This document shows, in pieces, positions 25,335 through 37,554 of a stretch of 64,000 bases of DNA; position 1 is the first letter of the stretch; each line of letters opens with the position of its first letter. The translations under genes and the position numbers were made by a program. The notes beneath the pieces were generated by a model. The model worked only from the letters and a program-made list of their open reading frames with translations, was not told the DNA's origin and did not search any database. Origin of the DNA: Catajapyx aquilonaris (lineage: Eukaryota); contig KZ538285.1 in NCBI GenBank assembly GCA_000934665.2, forward strand, positions 1-64,000, in the 5' to 3' direction.

Positions 25335-26450
25335 AAACATGCTGAAGCAGTGATTTAGCAAAAGTGTATAATCTCGTTTTCGTTTTTCCCAAATGAATAA
25401 TTGCACACTGACTGGGTGCAGTTATTGCGACGTCATTTATATTCATTTAATGTGGCTGCATACTGTACACTCTGCAATGTAAAGAATGTATAGGTGCTAT
25501 TTGTTCAGTTTCTGCAAAAAAAACCACTAAATAGCACTTTAGGCGCAAAATGCCCTCACTCTCCTTGTAACTCCATTGGAATCCAGTAGCTCTCGGTAGA
25601 TAGTTTAGTCGTAACATTTACAGCAACTAATCCCATAATTTGCATAGAGTCTTAAGTAGGAACAAGGTAGGAATAGTCTATTATCCGAAGTAAGAGGTTG
25701 TTATTGCGTAAGTATCGAAATAAATTACTAGTTCACTCGCACCATTAGAGTGAAAACACTTTGAGTTATATGGGGCTATATTTTCACACGTTAAGGCCTT
25801 TGAGGCAGTCTATTAAAAATCATTTTAACGATGTATTGTTTGGTAACCGAACACTGTACGAAGAAAATAATTAAACTGCCTGAATGGAAGCTCATCAATA
25901 GGCTTTTTTTGTAATTTCAAAAATGACATTCCTACAACATGGGTATGAATCGTGTTATGCTTGGTTCATTCCAAAACATATTGATTCCTATTTCCGGTCA
26001 AAAATGTATTTCCCAAGTTTTCATTCTCGTGTGCGAACCACAAAACGGGGCTCATTTTAACCATCCAAAGTCGGTGCCCCGTGCTGTTTCAATTATGCAA
26101 CGCAATTACTCTACGCGATTTTCTTGTGAAACAAGGCGAGCACTTTTTACCGCTGATGTACTGTGACCTCATTAGCGAAGCTTGCATTGCGTGTGTATAT
26201 TTACAGAAGGTCCATTCGCAACGTGTGCGTCCGTCCATGTTACCGCAGGGAACTGTGGGAACGGATGGCAGAGCACCCTGGCGAGGGCGTCACCATGACC
26301 AAGGGGGCTCCCCGCGCAGGTATACACCAGTCTTTGTTGTGTCACCCAGGGCCCGGAGAGCGGAATTTGTCTTTTGTGACAGAAGCTAATTACAAGTGGG
26401 GCCGGCTTCATCACAGACTTGCCTCAAAGTCACAAGGCCCCTGACGTGGG

Positions 26451-26452
<2 letters not shown>

Positions 26453-26506
<54 letters not shown>
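26453..26506. repeat. (GA)n microsatellite
   Basis: Uninterrupted GA run. Confidence 0.97.
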
Positions 26507-26507
<1 letters not shown>

Positions 26508-29357
26508 GCAAGGGGAAGCTAATTAAGAAGATGGAGGCCCCTGTTCGTGTCACTTTTCGAACCCCCTTATCGGAGAAGAGATGCTCCATTCTTTTTTTTT
26601 TACCTGGGATACCTAAACATTCGGGGGATTTTGTAGTACCAATCCTATGACAGAATAGGGATTAAACATTTATTTTAAATTCACAAGGCGCCTGCAAAAT
26701 TGCCAACTTTCAATATCAGAAATAATGGAGAGGGGTTGTAACCCTCCTACCTTTGATGTATTATTTCTTCCACACAATAAATAATTAAGGGCGCGCTGAA
26801 AAGGTTGAGGAGCAATATTTCACGGAATAATTATCTCCGGCGCAAAAACCCCTATTGGTACGCATGAGATGCACCGTGTAATTAACAGCCCCGTGAACTT
26901 TCCACTGCAAGTTTATTTGCGCATTTCCAAGCCCAATTTGAGGCGTTCATGAGCGTGTGCATTGTTCCAGCGTTGGGTAAATATTTCCTAACCCACACTA
27001 TTTATGATGTATCAATAATTCTGCGGTGCATGCTCTAGTTATAGCTAGGGAGTAGCTAGTGAACTTGGGAGTGATATTCTGCCAGGCTATTCTTGCATAA
27101 TGGACTCCAGGAAAGCGCGGGGGACGCGAGACTGATTAGCTAATGATATGTAATTACTGGGCAGGCTGAAAATGGTGGCTAGGAGATGAAACGGGGACTA
27201 AGACTATCAACTCATCGAGAAGGTGCAGTGTGTATCAGCAAACTTTGCACTTCACATTCCGCTGACCCCGATTCCACCAGGGGCCAATTTTCCCTGCTCT
27301 ATGGGCTAATTTTCCTGCTGAGCTGCTCGAAACTGCGGGATTATAAGAGCAATGGAAGGGATTACCTAGCTGCCCAGGCCAATGCCACATCTAATTTTGA
27401 CGTCACTTCCAACTATGGCCAGGACTTCCGCAATGCAATTCAAGTTTTGCATATCTGCTGTGCAGAAATAACCGCGCTCTCTACCGGATAAAGCTCGGCT
27501 ACAAATAACCAGCTGTGTACAAGTGGAGCGGCCTCTCATAATAATTGTTGTATAATTCCAATTTACTCCCAGGACTGAACAGGCCTGGAAAAAACACAAG
27601 TTCAGCTACGGGCTTAATTATCACCCTGGTACTCGTCCGGATCCAGATATCCGCACTTCAGCCCCCGAATCCCAACGCACACATCATTGCCAATCCTATG
27701 CCTACACTCCACAGCATCCCAGCTCCCAGATTGACTCATGGGTATCGCGTGTCTCTCATCATTATGCAAATCGCTCTTCGCTGTTGCGTCTGACCAAACC
27801 CCCGCTCCTGGAAACCGACACAACAATGGTCAACGACCATCCCAGGCCTGCCATTTAATGTGATTCACCCCCCGGGTACCCATTTATCTCCCACACACCC
27901 CCACTCAAACGCATACAGATCCTTCCTCCATCTTGATGCACCAGCCCTAGGCTGACTCACGTAACGGGAAAGAGAACAAAGAGTTGCGTATGACCCAAAT
28001 GCTTGTTGCGTATGGCCGCGGCAGCCATCAGTCCCAGAGGTCGACCTCTTTCCGCCGGCTGCCTCCGACCTAACGAGGCCTAAATTACTACTTCCTACGT
28101 CCCAAATCATTCCGTCATATTTTTCCCGTATCTATGATGGCGTCATCTGCATGTGCATAAGAGATACTTATCTCCTGCTCAGCCACACTATATATGGAGA
28201 GGGAGAGGACCGTCCTAAGTACTATACTGCTAAGTTTGTCAGATCGGCTTATTGGCTCCAACCATGCACGCGACAGGCAAGTATTCAATAAGGGCTAGAC
28301 ATCCTCTCATCATTTCAAATCAAGCTTTCCACATTCATGGACTCTGGAAATCCGTTTGATCCCATACAACACTACTAATCTTGTATTTGCACTAACTACA
28401 GGTAGTTTTTTACATTATAATAATTGCTTCCTCTAACAATATACCTATAACATGCAGACTTACTTTATAACATTTGGAGTGTTATGTAGGTTACATAAAC
28501 AAATCAAAGCCATGATTGTTAATTTTATTTATCATCAAATAATTCGAATTCGAATTGCGCAAAATTAAGTAGGCTACTATCGGTACCCCATGATTGTTGA
28601 TGTCAGTTCATAAACAGTAGATTATATTAAGCCTATTTTAATCCCATTTCTTAATCAAATCCTGAGAATAGGTCACTGAATTACTCTATCTAGTCTGGCC
28701 TATCTGGATCTTTTGAGAAAATGCCTGTCAAAAGAACAGCCAAGCTTAGTTATAATGTTTGGAATCGTTCAGCATAAACCTATTCCGATAATTATAGTGT
28801 CACTCTAGATTTTGGTTCAACTGGCATTCACATTGGATACCAAAATGAGCAGTCACTAGGGACACAAAGAGGGCGGAATTGAACGTATACAACAGGCAGT
28901 TGGCCGCGTGTGCTGAAATCCCAAAATAGTAAATGGTTTATCGAAACCTAATCACCGTGAGTTTTAAAATTAATATCGTTTCATTACGAGGTCATCGATC
29001 ACTTTCAAACCACACGCTTTGATGTTATAGCAACTTGTGCTACCTAATGGCTACTCCTGGTGTCCTGTTGGAGAGGAGCCAGACCCACTTTGACAACAGG
29101 CATTCACACTGATTCAGGAATGAGAGCATTCACAGAGGTTGCACAATATGGAAGAATTGTTGACATTTTTAAATAGCACAAGTGTATTAAAATTTTAAAG
29201 TGTCTAAATTATCGCTCTTTTCGCATCAGTTATAATTCATAACTTCAGATCACAAGCCATTAATTTATTACTGTAATAAGCTAGGCACACGTTACACGTC
29301 TTGCTCAATTACCTGCAATGTTTTAACCACAGACCACTGGAAAACAATTTCATAGTT

Positions 29358-29707
29358 ATTATTATTATTTATAATTTTACGTACCCCTTGATGGCCCTCT
29401 ATGGGCCTTTCGGGGGGTTGCAGACCACCATACAGTTTTATATTAACTTCAATCTCCGTGCAAGGAATACTAGGATATAGGGTAGGGAAAGGGATTGTTG
29501 GGGAGGGGACACTTGTGCAGGTGCATTGTCCTATGGCTTTTGGGCCATGTGCAGTCCCCCAGGAGGTTAGGTTGCCAGACACCTCCAAGGTGCAGGTCAG
29601 AGACCCTCCCGACGCAGGTGAAAGGAAAGTTTCCCAGGCGGGGATCGAACTTGGGGCCTTTCACTCAGCAAGCCGTAACGTTACCATCACGGCCACCACA
29701 CCTCCCC
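29358..29707 (-). mobile_element. tRNA-derived SINE family A, copy 2
   Basis: Reverse-complement homolog of 10044-10399 with an (AAT)n tail. Perfect 11-bp TSD ATTTCATAGTT at 29347-29357 and 29708-29718. Confidence 0.95.
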
Positions 29708-30062
29708 ATTTCATAGTTGTGTGTAATAAAACTGATAATTTACTCGGATTCACTGTCCCAACCACGGTGCAGGTAATTTCCAATAAACAACATAGGTATG
29801 TAGGGATTGAAAGACAATTTCTGCCAAGTGCCGACTGGACTGAGTATAAAGCTTTTAGCAAGAAGTCATAGCTGGGGGCCATGAGAGTGACTGTCTTCGA
29901 GCCAAGATAGTAATTGCTTGAGAGCACCAGAACAGCTCATGGTCTCTGTGAGCTAGATGAATGAACCTGGAAAGCCAAATGAGGATTTCACTCTCTTAAC
30001 CTAATCCATATTTAACTTAAACTTACTAACGTTGATCCAACATGAATCTCACGCGTCAGTTT

Positions 30063-30142
30063 AGACCCACCAATAACTATGGTTATTGGCGGGTCTTTGG
30101 ATATATGGCTATAACGCACTGCAGCGCGTTATAGCCCTATAT
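30063..30142. repeat. Two adjacent hairpins
   Basis: AGACCCACCAATAAC-TATG-GTTATTGGCGGGTCT (30063-30096) and GGCTATAACGC-ACTGCAGC-GCGTTATAGCC (30107-30136, extendable through flanking TATA). Confidence 0.8.
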
Positions 30143-32568
30143 ACATACAAATGAGGCATTTTAGCACATTTCTGTGGATGGCTGTAATCGAAAGGCCTCC
30201 TAGGACGGGTCGGTATCCGTCTAATTATGAAGATACAAATGATAGGTCCATTACGCAACAGAGCCGAATCGCACTCTGCAAAACCAATACTCGTCCCAAT
30301 TTTTCACGTCTTTCATCAGCAACTCCGGAAAGAGATTTGTACTGTCGACAGCTCGCTGTAATTCCGACAGTCATCAGAGCGTCCCTGCTAATTATGATGT
30401 CTTCCATTATTAACGTCCTTCCACCCCCCTCATCGTTTTTATCTCCTCTAGACGCCTCCTTTTGTTTCTAAAACTAATTTGCAGAAGGCGCTTCTATTTA
30501 ATTCCATTTAATTATTTCAAATCCGCTTCGGAAGAGCCTGCACAAAGTCGACACGAAGAGAAAACGTTTCGCTTTGAAAATCTGATGATGTCCCATCATC
30601 TTCGTGCCGATGATAAATGGAGTTCATTTTGAAACCAGCCCTCGCTTCCAACGCGCCCCCGCTCGTCCCCACACCCTTTCGCCAACTGCTGTAATTTTGT
30701 TCATTAGCAGTTGTCGACTCGCGATTCGACACGGAACGTACCTCCCGAATTTACGACGCTTCATATTTTATCTGGCCGGCACTTGTGTTCTGCTACCACT
30801 GCACGGAGGGTCCGGGCATACACACACACGGCGACGACTCACATTCAGTGACGAAATTAGATTGACAGTAATGCTGGGCCCCGTCTCGCTGGAGCTCCCC
30901 AACTGTTGAGCTGCAAGTCATCCATTACCCCTACAGACCATGCCTTCCTGCACACACGTCAACCTTGCTCTGGGGCTTTTCGGGAGGGAAACCCACGACG
31001 TTTGATTGACGGCATCGACGCCCACTCCCAGGAACTGCTGCCTGACGACCGGCTTTTTGCAGCAGGTGCCACTCGGCCCTCTAGGGGACTTGCTTGCCCT
31101 ACTCAATCGCTCAGTTTGATACAGGGTGCAGCATACTGTTCGGAAGAAATGCTGGAATATTCAGGACCATTTGGGAAATACGAAGGTTTCCACATGGAAC
31201 AGTGAATTACGTTTTTTTGTTATGTAGGTTGTAAATTTTTGATGGTCATCACAGAATTCGGCACAGTATGTCAAAGTTTCTGACCAATAACGTATCCAGG
31301 CTCTATACATCCATCAGCGCATTACCAAGATCCGCCTAACCTCCACCTCTTTCTAGAGTGTTGGTAGAGCCAGTATACGTTTATATGAATATTTTTACGT
31401 ACTCACAATGTGTCAGTCTAATGCATATTACTGTATTATTTGCCAAAGGATTGCTGTATAGGATTGATACTGTTAGTATCGCTATAATTTTTAGTGGAAA
31501 TTGTTCATTTCTGCTCTTCTATTTGTTCAATTTTTTTATATTTTTCAAGTGATCAGAGAAGGCGCGAGTAATGTTTAGAATATTATTTTAATTGCTATAG
31601 CAACTGTAGGTGATGTTAGATTTATCGAGTCTCGTGTTTTGCACTATAGGACTACTTGAATGTTAAGAAGTGTCGTGTGCGAATTAATTTTTCCCCATTG
31701 AAATGCACCATCTGAAGTGTTGTCACATGGTGAAACCAGACTTTCAAAATCATCGATTTATTAAATATCGGTTATAATGAACATTATTCAAGAGTAAAAA
31801 TTGGTCACACAATTTGCCACTATACATAATAATAGGTAAAGAAACATTTTGGAAGCTTTTCATCGCCATCTGTAACCATTGTGAAAGGCAAAAATTGCAA
31901 ATTCCAAACTTTACAGCCCAGATTTTAACAACTCAGAAAACGGGTATTTAAAAATAATTGCATTTCGCTTTTTCATCAGTACCATTAAGAACAATTTCCA
32001 CAAATATTATCATCGCACACAGAAAAATCAACTCTGCAATAAATCCTTTGCTCGGACACAATAATGGCGTGTCTTGGTGCAATAAGTAATGTCCCATCCC
32101 ACCTAATAAAAAGCTATAGAAATAAAATTAACTCTTCATAATTCAAACCAAGCCACCTTTGCCTCCAGGCCAAGTATTTCATTTGTGGTACTTCAACAGG
32201 ACTAAATGTGGTTCACAGATAGCACCAGCATTAAAATAAGCCCAGCACTGTATTATCATTTCGATCCCCTGATTGGGACGAGTCCTTACTCAGCCAGTCC
32301 ACGCAGGTGTTAGGCCTACACTATTCTACTAAGCATTTGCTTGAGGATCGGTCGGTATGTTGTAATTGCATTCTGAGGGGCTCCGATAGTGTTAGTAAAG
32401 GATCAGGCTCGGAATCAAGTTAGGCCAAACGATGGTTTCCTAATCGTCTCTCTTGATACCCCCAGGCCCAAGCAAGCCGGGAAGAGGTTATGGGATAAGG
32501 AGGGCTGGCGAGTGGATCCACTTGACCGATCAGACTCAAACTAGGCCCACAAGTTTAGTGTAGGGCCT

Positions 32569-33765
32569 CCCTTACCAAAATTTGACATTGCCACGAGCTC
32601 GCAGTGAGGTCGTGTGGACCTTGCAACCTCGTATGGAGCTCGCAATCACATCGTGCCACCTCGCAGACCGGATTACTGAACAAATGTTCAACACTTTCAC
32701 CTCCAGCTCGTGAAAAGTGACTTCGCCGCGAGCTCGCGTTTCACGACGTGTACCTTGCGACCTCGCCCGATGGTCGCAAAACACGACGTCTCCGCGAGCT
32801 CGTGGAAAGTGACCTCGCCGCGAGCTCGCATTTCACGACGTGTACCTTGCGACCTCGCCCGATGGTCGCAAAACACGACGTCTCCGCGAGCTCGTGGAAA
32901 GTGACCTCGCCGCGANNNNNNNNNNNNNNNNNNNNNNNNNNNCCGCGAGCTCGCGTTTTACGACCTCGCCCGTAGGTCGCAAAATGCGCGAACTTATTGG
33001 CTCCTGGCAACTTCCCGCGTCTAGATGGCGCTGCTGATCGGATTCTCGTTACAAGTCTGCTCCGATTTATCCCACAACAATGCGAATTAATTTTGGCCAT
33101 TACATGTACGCAAAGGTGGCAGGAGACTCCATTGCATGCCGCTCATTTGCCCCCGACTTACTTCATTGTGACATAAATTTGCTAGAGGCGGTCGATGGCA
33201 ATGCTTATGGTGCGAGCAGGACAATCCGGGGCATGGAAAGGCGGCTTTTTCTGCGAAGGCTCAACATGAAGAACCACACAATATGAGCACTTCCGGACTT
33301 CCTTGTAAACCAACCAAGCAACGGCCGCTCAGACTGCAACGAGGTGGCAGCTATAATAAATAATAAGTCACTCCCCGTGATGACCATCTTATGAGTACCT
33401 TGCAACCCACCTCGCAGGGACATCGTGGTTAATGAGAAACCCCTGCGAACTCGGATTTGGCAATTAAAAACGTAGCCACTAGTGTTGTATATTGCTAGGT
33501 CTTATTCCATGAGCTAACTATCAATTCGTTGCCGCGACCTTGCAAACCACGCGGTCGTGGCGACCTTGCAAACCACGAGGTCGTGGCGACCTTGAAAACC
33601 ACGACGTCGTGGCGACCTGACTAGCCCACCTAGCAGAGACATCGTTTTTGAAACAAATGAGAGCTCGCTGCGAGCTCACATTTTGCGATGTACAACCTAG
33701 CTGCCAGGTCGCAATTTGCGAGGTCCTGCGACCTCGCCACGAGGTCGCGAGAATTTTGGTAAGGG
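32569..33765. mobile_element. Non-autonomous CACTA/EnSpm (CMC)-type element with internal tandem arrays
   Basis: 14-bp TIR CCCTTACCAAAATT / AATTTTGGTAAGGG and 2-bp TSD CT (32567-68, 33766-67). Dense subterminal GCGACCT/GAGCTCGC motifs. 92-bp tandem units start at 32705, 32797 and 32889, with an assembly gap at 32916-32942. 26-bp units start at 33534, 33560, 33586 and 33612. Confidence 0.85.
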
Positions 33766-36123
33766 CTAGTTAAAATGCTATATCAACGTAGCTTTTAATT
33801 ATTTTAAACATTTGTACCATTAAGTCCGCTACAAAATATGCTGTGCCTCGCTGCTACACACATGCGCAAAAACTCGACGACATCTGCCTAGATTACGATT
33901 CTGCCTGTACGCCGAACAACGAGCTCCCCAATGGATGTGACTCTCCCAGCATTTGGTGTACAACAAAGTACCAGTAGCTAACATACAGTATAATTAGCAT
34001 TCCAGTAGAAGAGGACAAGTTGGCCGGTGGTCGCGGCTTTAATGCAGCCGAAAAGAAAAGTGAGCTTAATGGTCTCTGGCCAGCAGAAAACATTCCTAGC
34101 GCACTGTATGTAACGAATTCAGAGGCCTTCAATGGGCCCGCCGTTACTACACGGACAGCATTCCAACGGCAGCCTAATGGCGAAAAAGCCACGGGGAGAG
34201 AGGGCCGGAGCCTTGTTTGGAATTCATACAGTTTGCTGTGCAACCGGGTGGAGTCCCCCAAAATCTCTTTTTTTTGTTGTCCTGCAGTCTGCCTTTCGGT
34301 CCCAATGGCGAGGGTACAGGGTCACATGCGGACCCAAGAGATTTCGCACACTTTAACCGTGTGGGCCATATGTGCGCAACGTGACATGCCCAACTTGGTT
34401 AGACTAAAATCAAGGGAGGTGTTCACAGGCATTGTGTTAGTGGTTGACACAGTGATCAGGATAGTTGCTACCTTGGGTATAGTGGAGCATGTAAGGATTT
34501 TTTGTGGAGTGTAAATGGCCAATGAGTTCCCTGGAGTCGACAATGGTGGCGTGTTTACATTACAGTACACTACTTGGATTGCTAAATAATTGCTAGTACG
34601 AATAAATTCAGCCGTATTAATTTATTGTTAATTTTTGTGGAACTGCAAAATGAAGCCTTGATATACATTATTCCTGGTTGAATATGCGTCAAATGTAGGC
34701 ACGGTATCTTTTTGCAACAGTAACATAGCAAATTGTGGTACTTGTTGTGATACGCAGTATACAGTAGGTTGGGAATGATATGCAGCTTTGCAGACAAGAG
34801 GCCTCAAAATCCTTTTCAGTGAGTATGTTGGTAATAATTCACTATGATTTAAGTCTCATGCCAGGCAAATGCGCGAACCCCGCCCATAGACAAATAGAAA
34901 AAGGACTAGTCCTCCGGTATACTGTAACCGAGCCGAAGGGTTATTCCACCCTGCATGGAAGTGTATCAATACATAATGGAACGGGACAATCTGAGTGCAC
35001 AGCCTATGTATAGGGGTCCCTTCCCCAATATCTTGCGCCCCAGAACGACATATGGGCTTGCTTTTCCCTCGCACCCAGTAGCCTCCCTAAAGACTTCCCG
35101 TTCCCCAGGGTAATCCCCTCAGCGAATGGGTTGTAATCCAGGGAAATTAGAGTTTAAAAGATTTATCACAGCGTTTCAATGGTGGACGCAGGCAATGGAA
35201 ACTCCATCGCGGTTCCGGGGCCCAACAATTGCCACATCATAGGCTGGGGGAAAGGGTGCCGAAAAAAGAGAACAAAAAGAATCGATGCAATTTGCTTTTA
35301 ATTGATCCTATTGGAGCTCGCCAGATGGGTTCCGTTAGGTCTTGCAGGTCCGCCTCGGGGCCTTGAAAAGAACGGCGTGGGACAGCTCCTACAATTGGTT
35401 TAATGGACTACAAGGCCTATTATGGGAACCGATGATGAGTTAGTCATGGGGACACGTGCCTCAGGCCAGCACTAGAGGCCTAGGATTTGCTTTTTTATCA
35501 TCCGAAAGGATACCAAGTTTACAGCAATGTGTCTGACCCATATCCACAGAAGCGTCTGGTTTATCCTTTTCATAAGGGTCAATAGTGAAAAAAGGTGCAA
35601 TTTCATTTCCAAATAAATTAATGTAAATGTCCTTTAAAGAAATAATATTTAAAAAATATATATTACCTCTGGTGTTCCCACAAAAATAATGGCCGAGATC
35701 GTAGACTTATATTCCACATTTTTTATAAGTTATAAAAATGCTGTATCTACAGCTGTATATACACACAGTTAAGAATACAGAGTCGACTTGACCTTGAAGA
35801 ACTAAGTGTGGCACAGGGTGTAGAATCGAACCAAGTGGCTAGCACAGTTCGCAATATAAATGTAAGTAATACTTCAAATAGCTTCAAATGCAATGAAACA
35901 AGAAATGTGGAAATTCAGAGTATACTCCAGACCTATCCGTATGCTTACATCTGACAATAAGTAGTGTACAGCTATGAGTGCATTAGAAATATGGCATAGA
36001 TGGTCCATAACATTCAAATAGGTTATTAAAATCATGTCCTTGAACATCTTACCCCGCCTAGGGGCGCCTGTGGACGGGTAGTGTCCACGGACTTGACATC
36101 CACGGACGTCACAAACTCTCTCT

Positions 36124-36608
36124 AGCTTGCCAGCAAATCCAGATAAATCCACAATTTGCAATTTTTCAGGAGAAGCCAATAAGTGATTCATCAATGCTGG
36201 TGGCAAAAGTGAGAGCGAGGTTGTCATGTGCAGTATGCTATCGGGGTTGCCATTATGATTGCAGAAACAATTGTATATATCCATCTTTTAACAATGCCCC
36301 ACCTCAACAATCACCATACATTGGTATGGTGATTGTTGAGGCATGGCAGCGCCACAAATGGACATATCTGGTTTTGCATTAAAATTATGGCACTAGCTTT
36401 ATGTGCACTTGATTTATATGCTTTTGCTTGGAAACCACTTTCGGATATATCCGGGTCTGCTTGAAAGGGCAATTTTCCAATGGCTCGCATTCGGTGTAAA
36501 TGTCTGGTTTCACTGGTGTCAATAGAAAGGCATTGCGTGGAGCATGCCTCCAGCGTATTAAGATTATTTTCGACCCGGAGTGGATTTATCTGGATTTGCT
36601 GGCAAGCT
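36124..36608. mobile_element. MITE with perfect 29-bp TIRs
   Basis: AGCTTGCCAGCAAATCCAGATAAATCCAC (36124-36152) and its reverse complement (36580-36608). Flanks CTCTCTCT and (C)CTCTCTTT suggest an imperfect ~8-bp TSD; hAT-like assignment tentative. Confidence 0.8.
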
Positions 36609-37271
36609 CCTCTCTTTATTCCACGTAAAACGTGGTAAGTTTAGGTTACAAACCTTTAGTTCAAATGAGTAAGCTCTTTGTACCTAATAGCACACGTACT
36701 TGAGCAAAAATTGAAATTTGAACTGCTTACCTACATTTACCAGGTGCCACAGACGTGACGCACTGATCTGGACACTTCACTAAATCTGACGTTTAGAGCA
36801 GAATTACACGCCTTCAAGCAACCAACCCAACAGGTTTTTGATTCAGCTTCTCAATATGGCTCCATCGGCAAGCAAAAAGACAAAAATCCTGCACATTGCT
36901 GCTTCCTGGATGATTTTATAACAGTTTTTGTTTTTGTCCACGGACGTGACGAGAAACCTTGGGACAATACTCTTGCAATAAAATCGATGCAATTTGGAAC
37001 TTCAGGACAAAGAATGCACTAGTCTTTATCTTCAGTATTCCTTTCTCCATTACTCTAATATAAAAAGTGAAATAACATCTTATGCCTTGCATAAAATTGA
37101 CAAAACTACGAAAGTGAAGGTTGGGACAGGCCACGGACGTGACTTGTCACGCTCTGTGACCTAGGAAAATATGAAAGAATTTTCTCATTACATATTTGTT
37201 ATGTCCCCCGTATTCCGCAAGTTGCAATCTTATTTCTTTGCATGTTATCTGGTTTTCAGATGTTATATTAA

Positions 37272-37554
37272 CCCTGGAACCCTGCCGTGCCTGAAAGTTA
37301 CGGGGACCGTGCCGTGGGGCCTTTTAGGACCCCACGCCATATTTTTATTTTTATTAATTATTATATCATACTTTTCAATGTATTGACTATATGCAATCAT
37401 TCTTTGAACAATGCCTAAAATGATCGCTAATTCAAAATAAACATGCACTTCCTGTTTTATACTTTTTAAATGGCAAACAGTTCGCTGTAATTGTAATTTT
37501 AATGCATTTTAATTTCTTTGGGGTCCGAAAAGACCCCACGGCACGGTTCCAGGG
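37272..37554 (+). mobile_element. piggyBac-type MITE (complete)
   Basis: TTAA TSD (37268-71, 37555-58) and CCCTGGAACC...GGTTCCAGGG termini. The internal repeat ACCGTGCCGTGGGG(C/T)CTTTT(A/C)GGACCCCA is separated from the left terminus by a spacer but abuts the right one, the asymmetric end structure typical of piggyBac. Confidence 0.92.
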
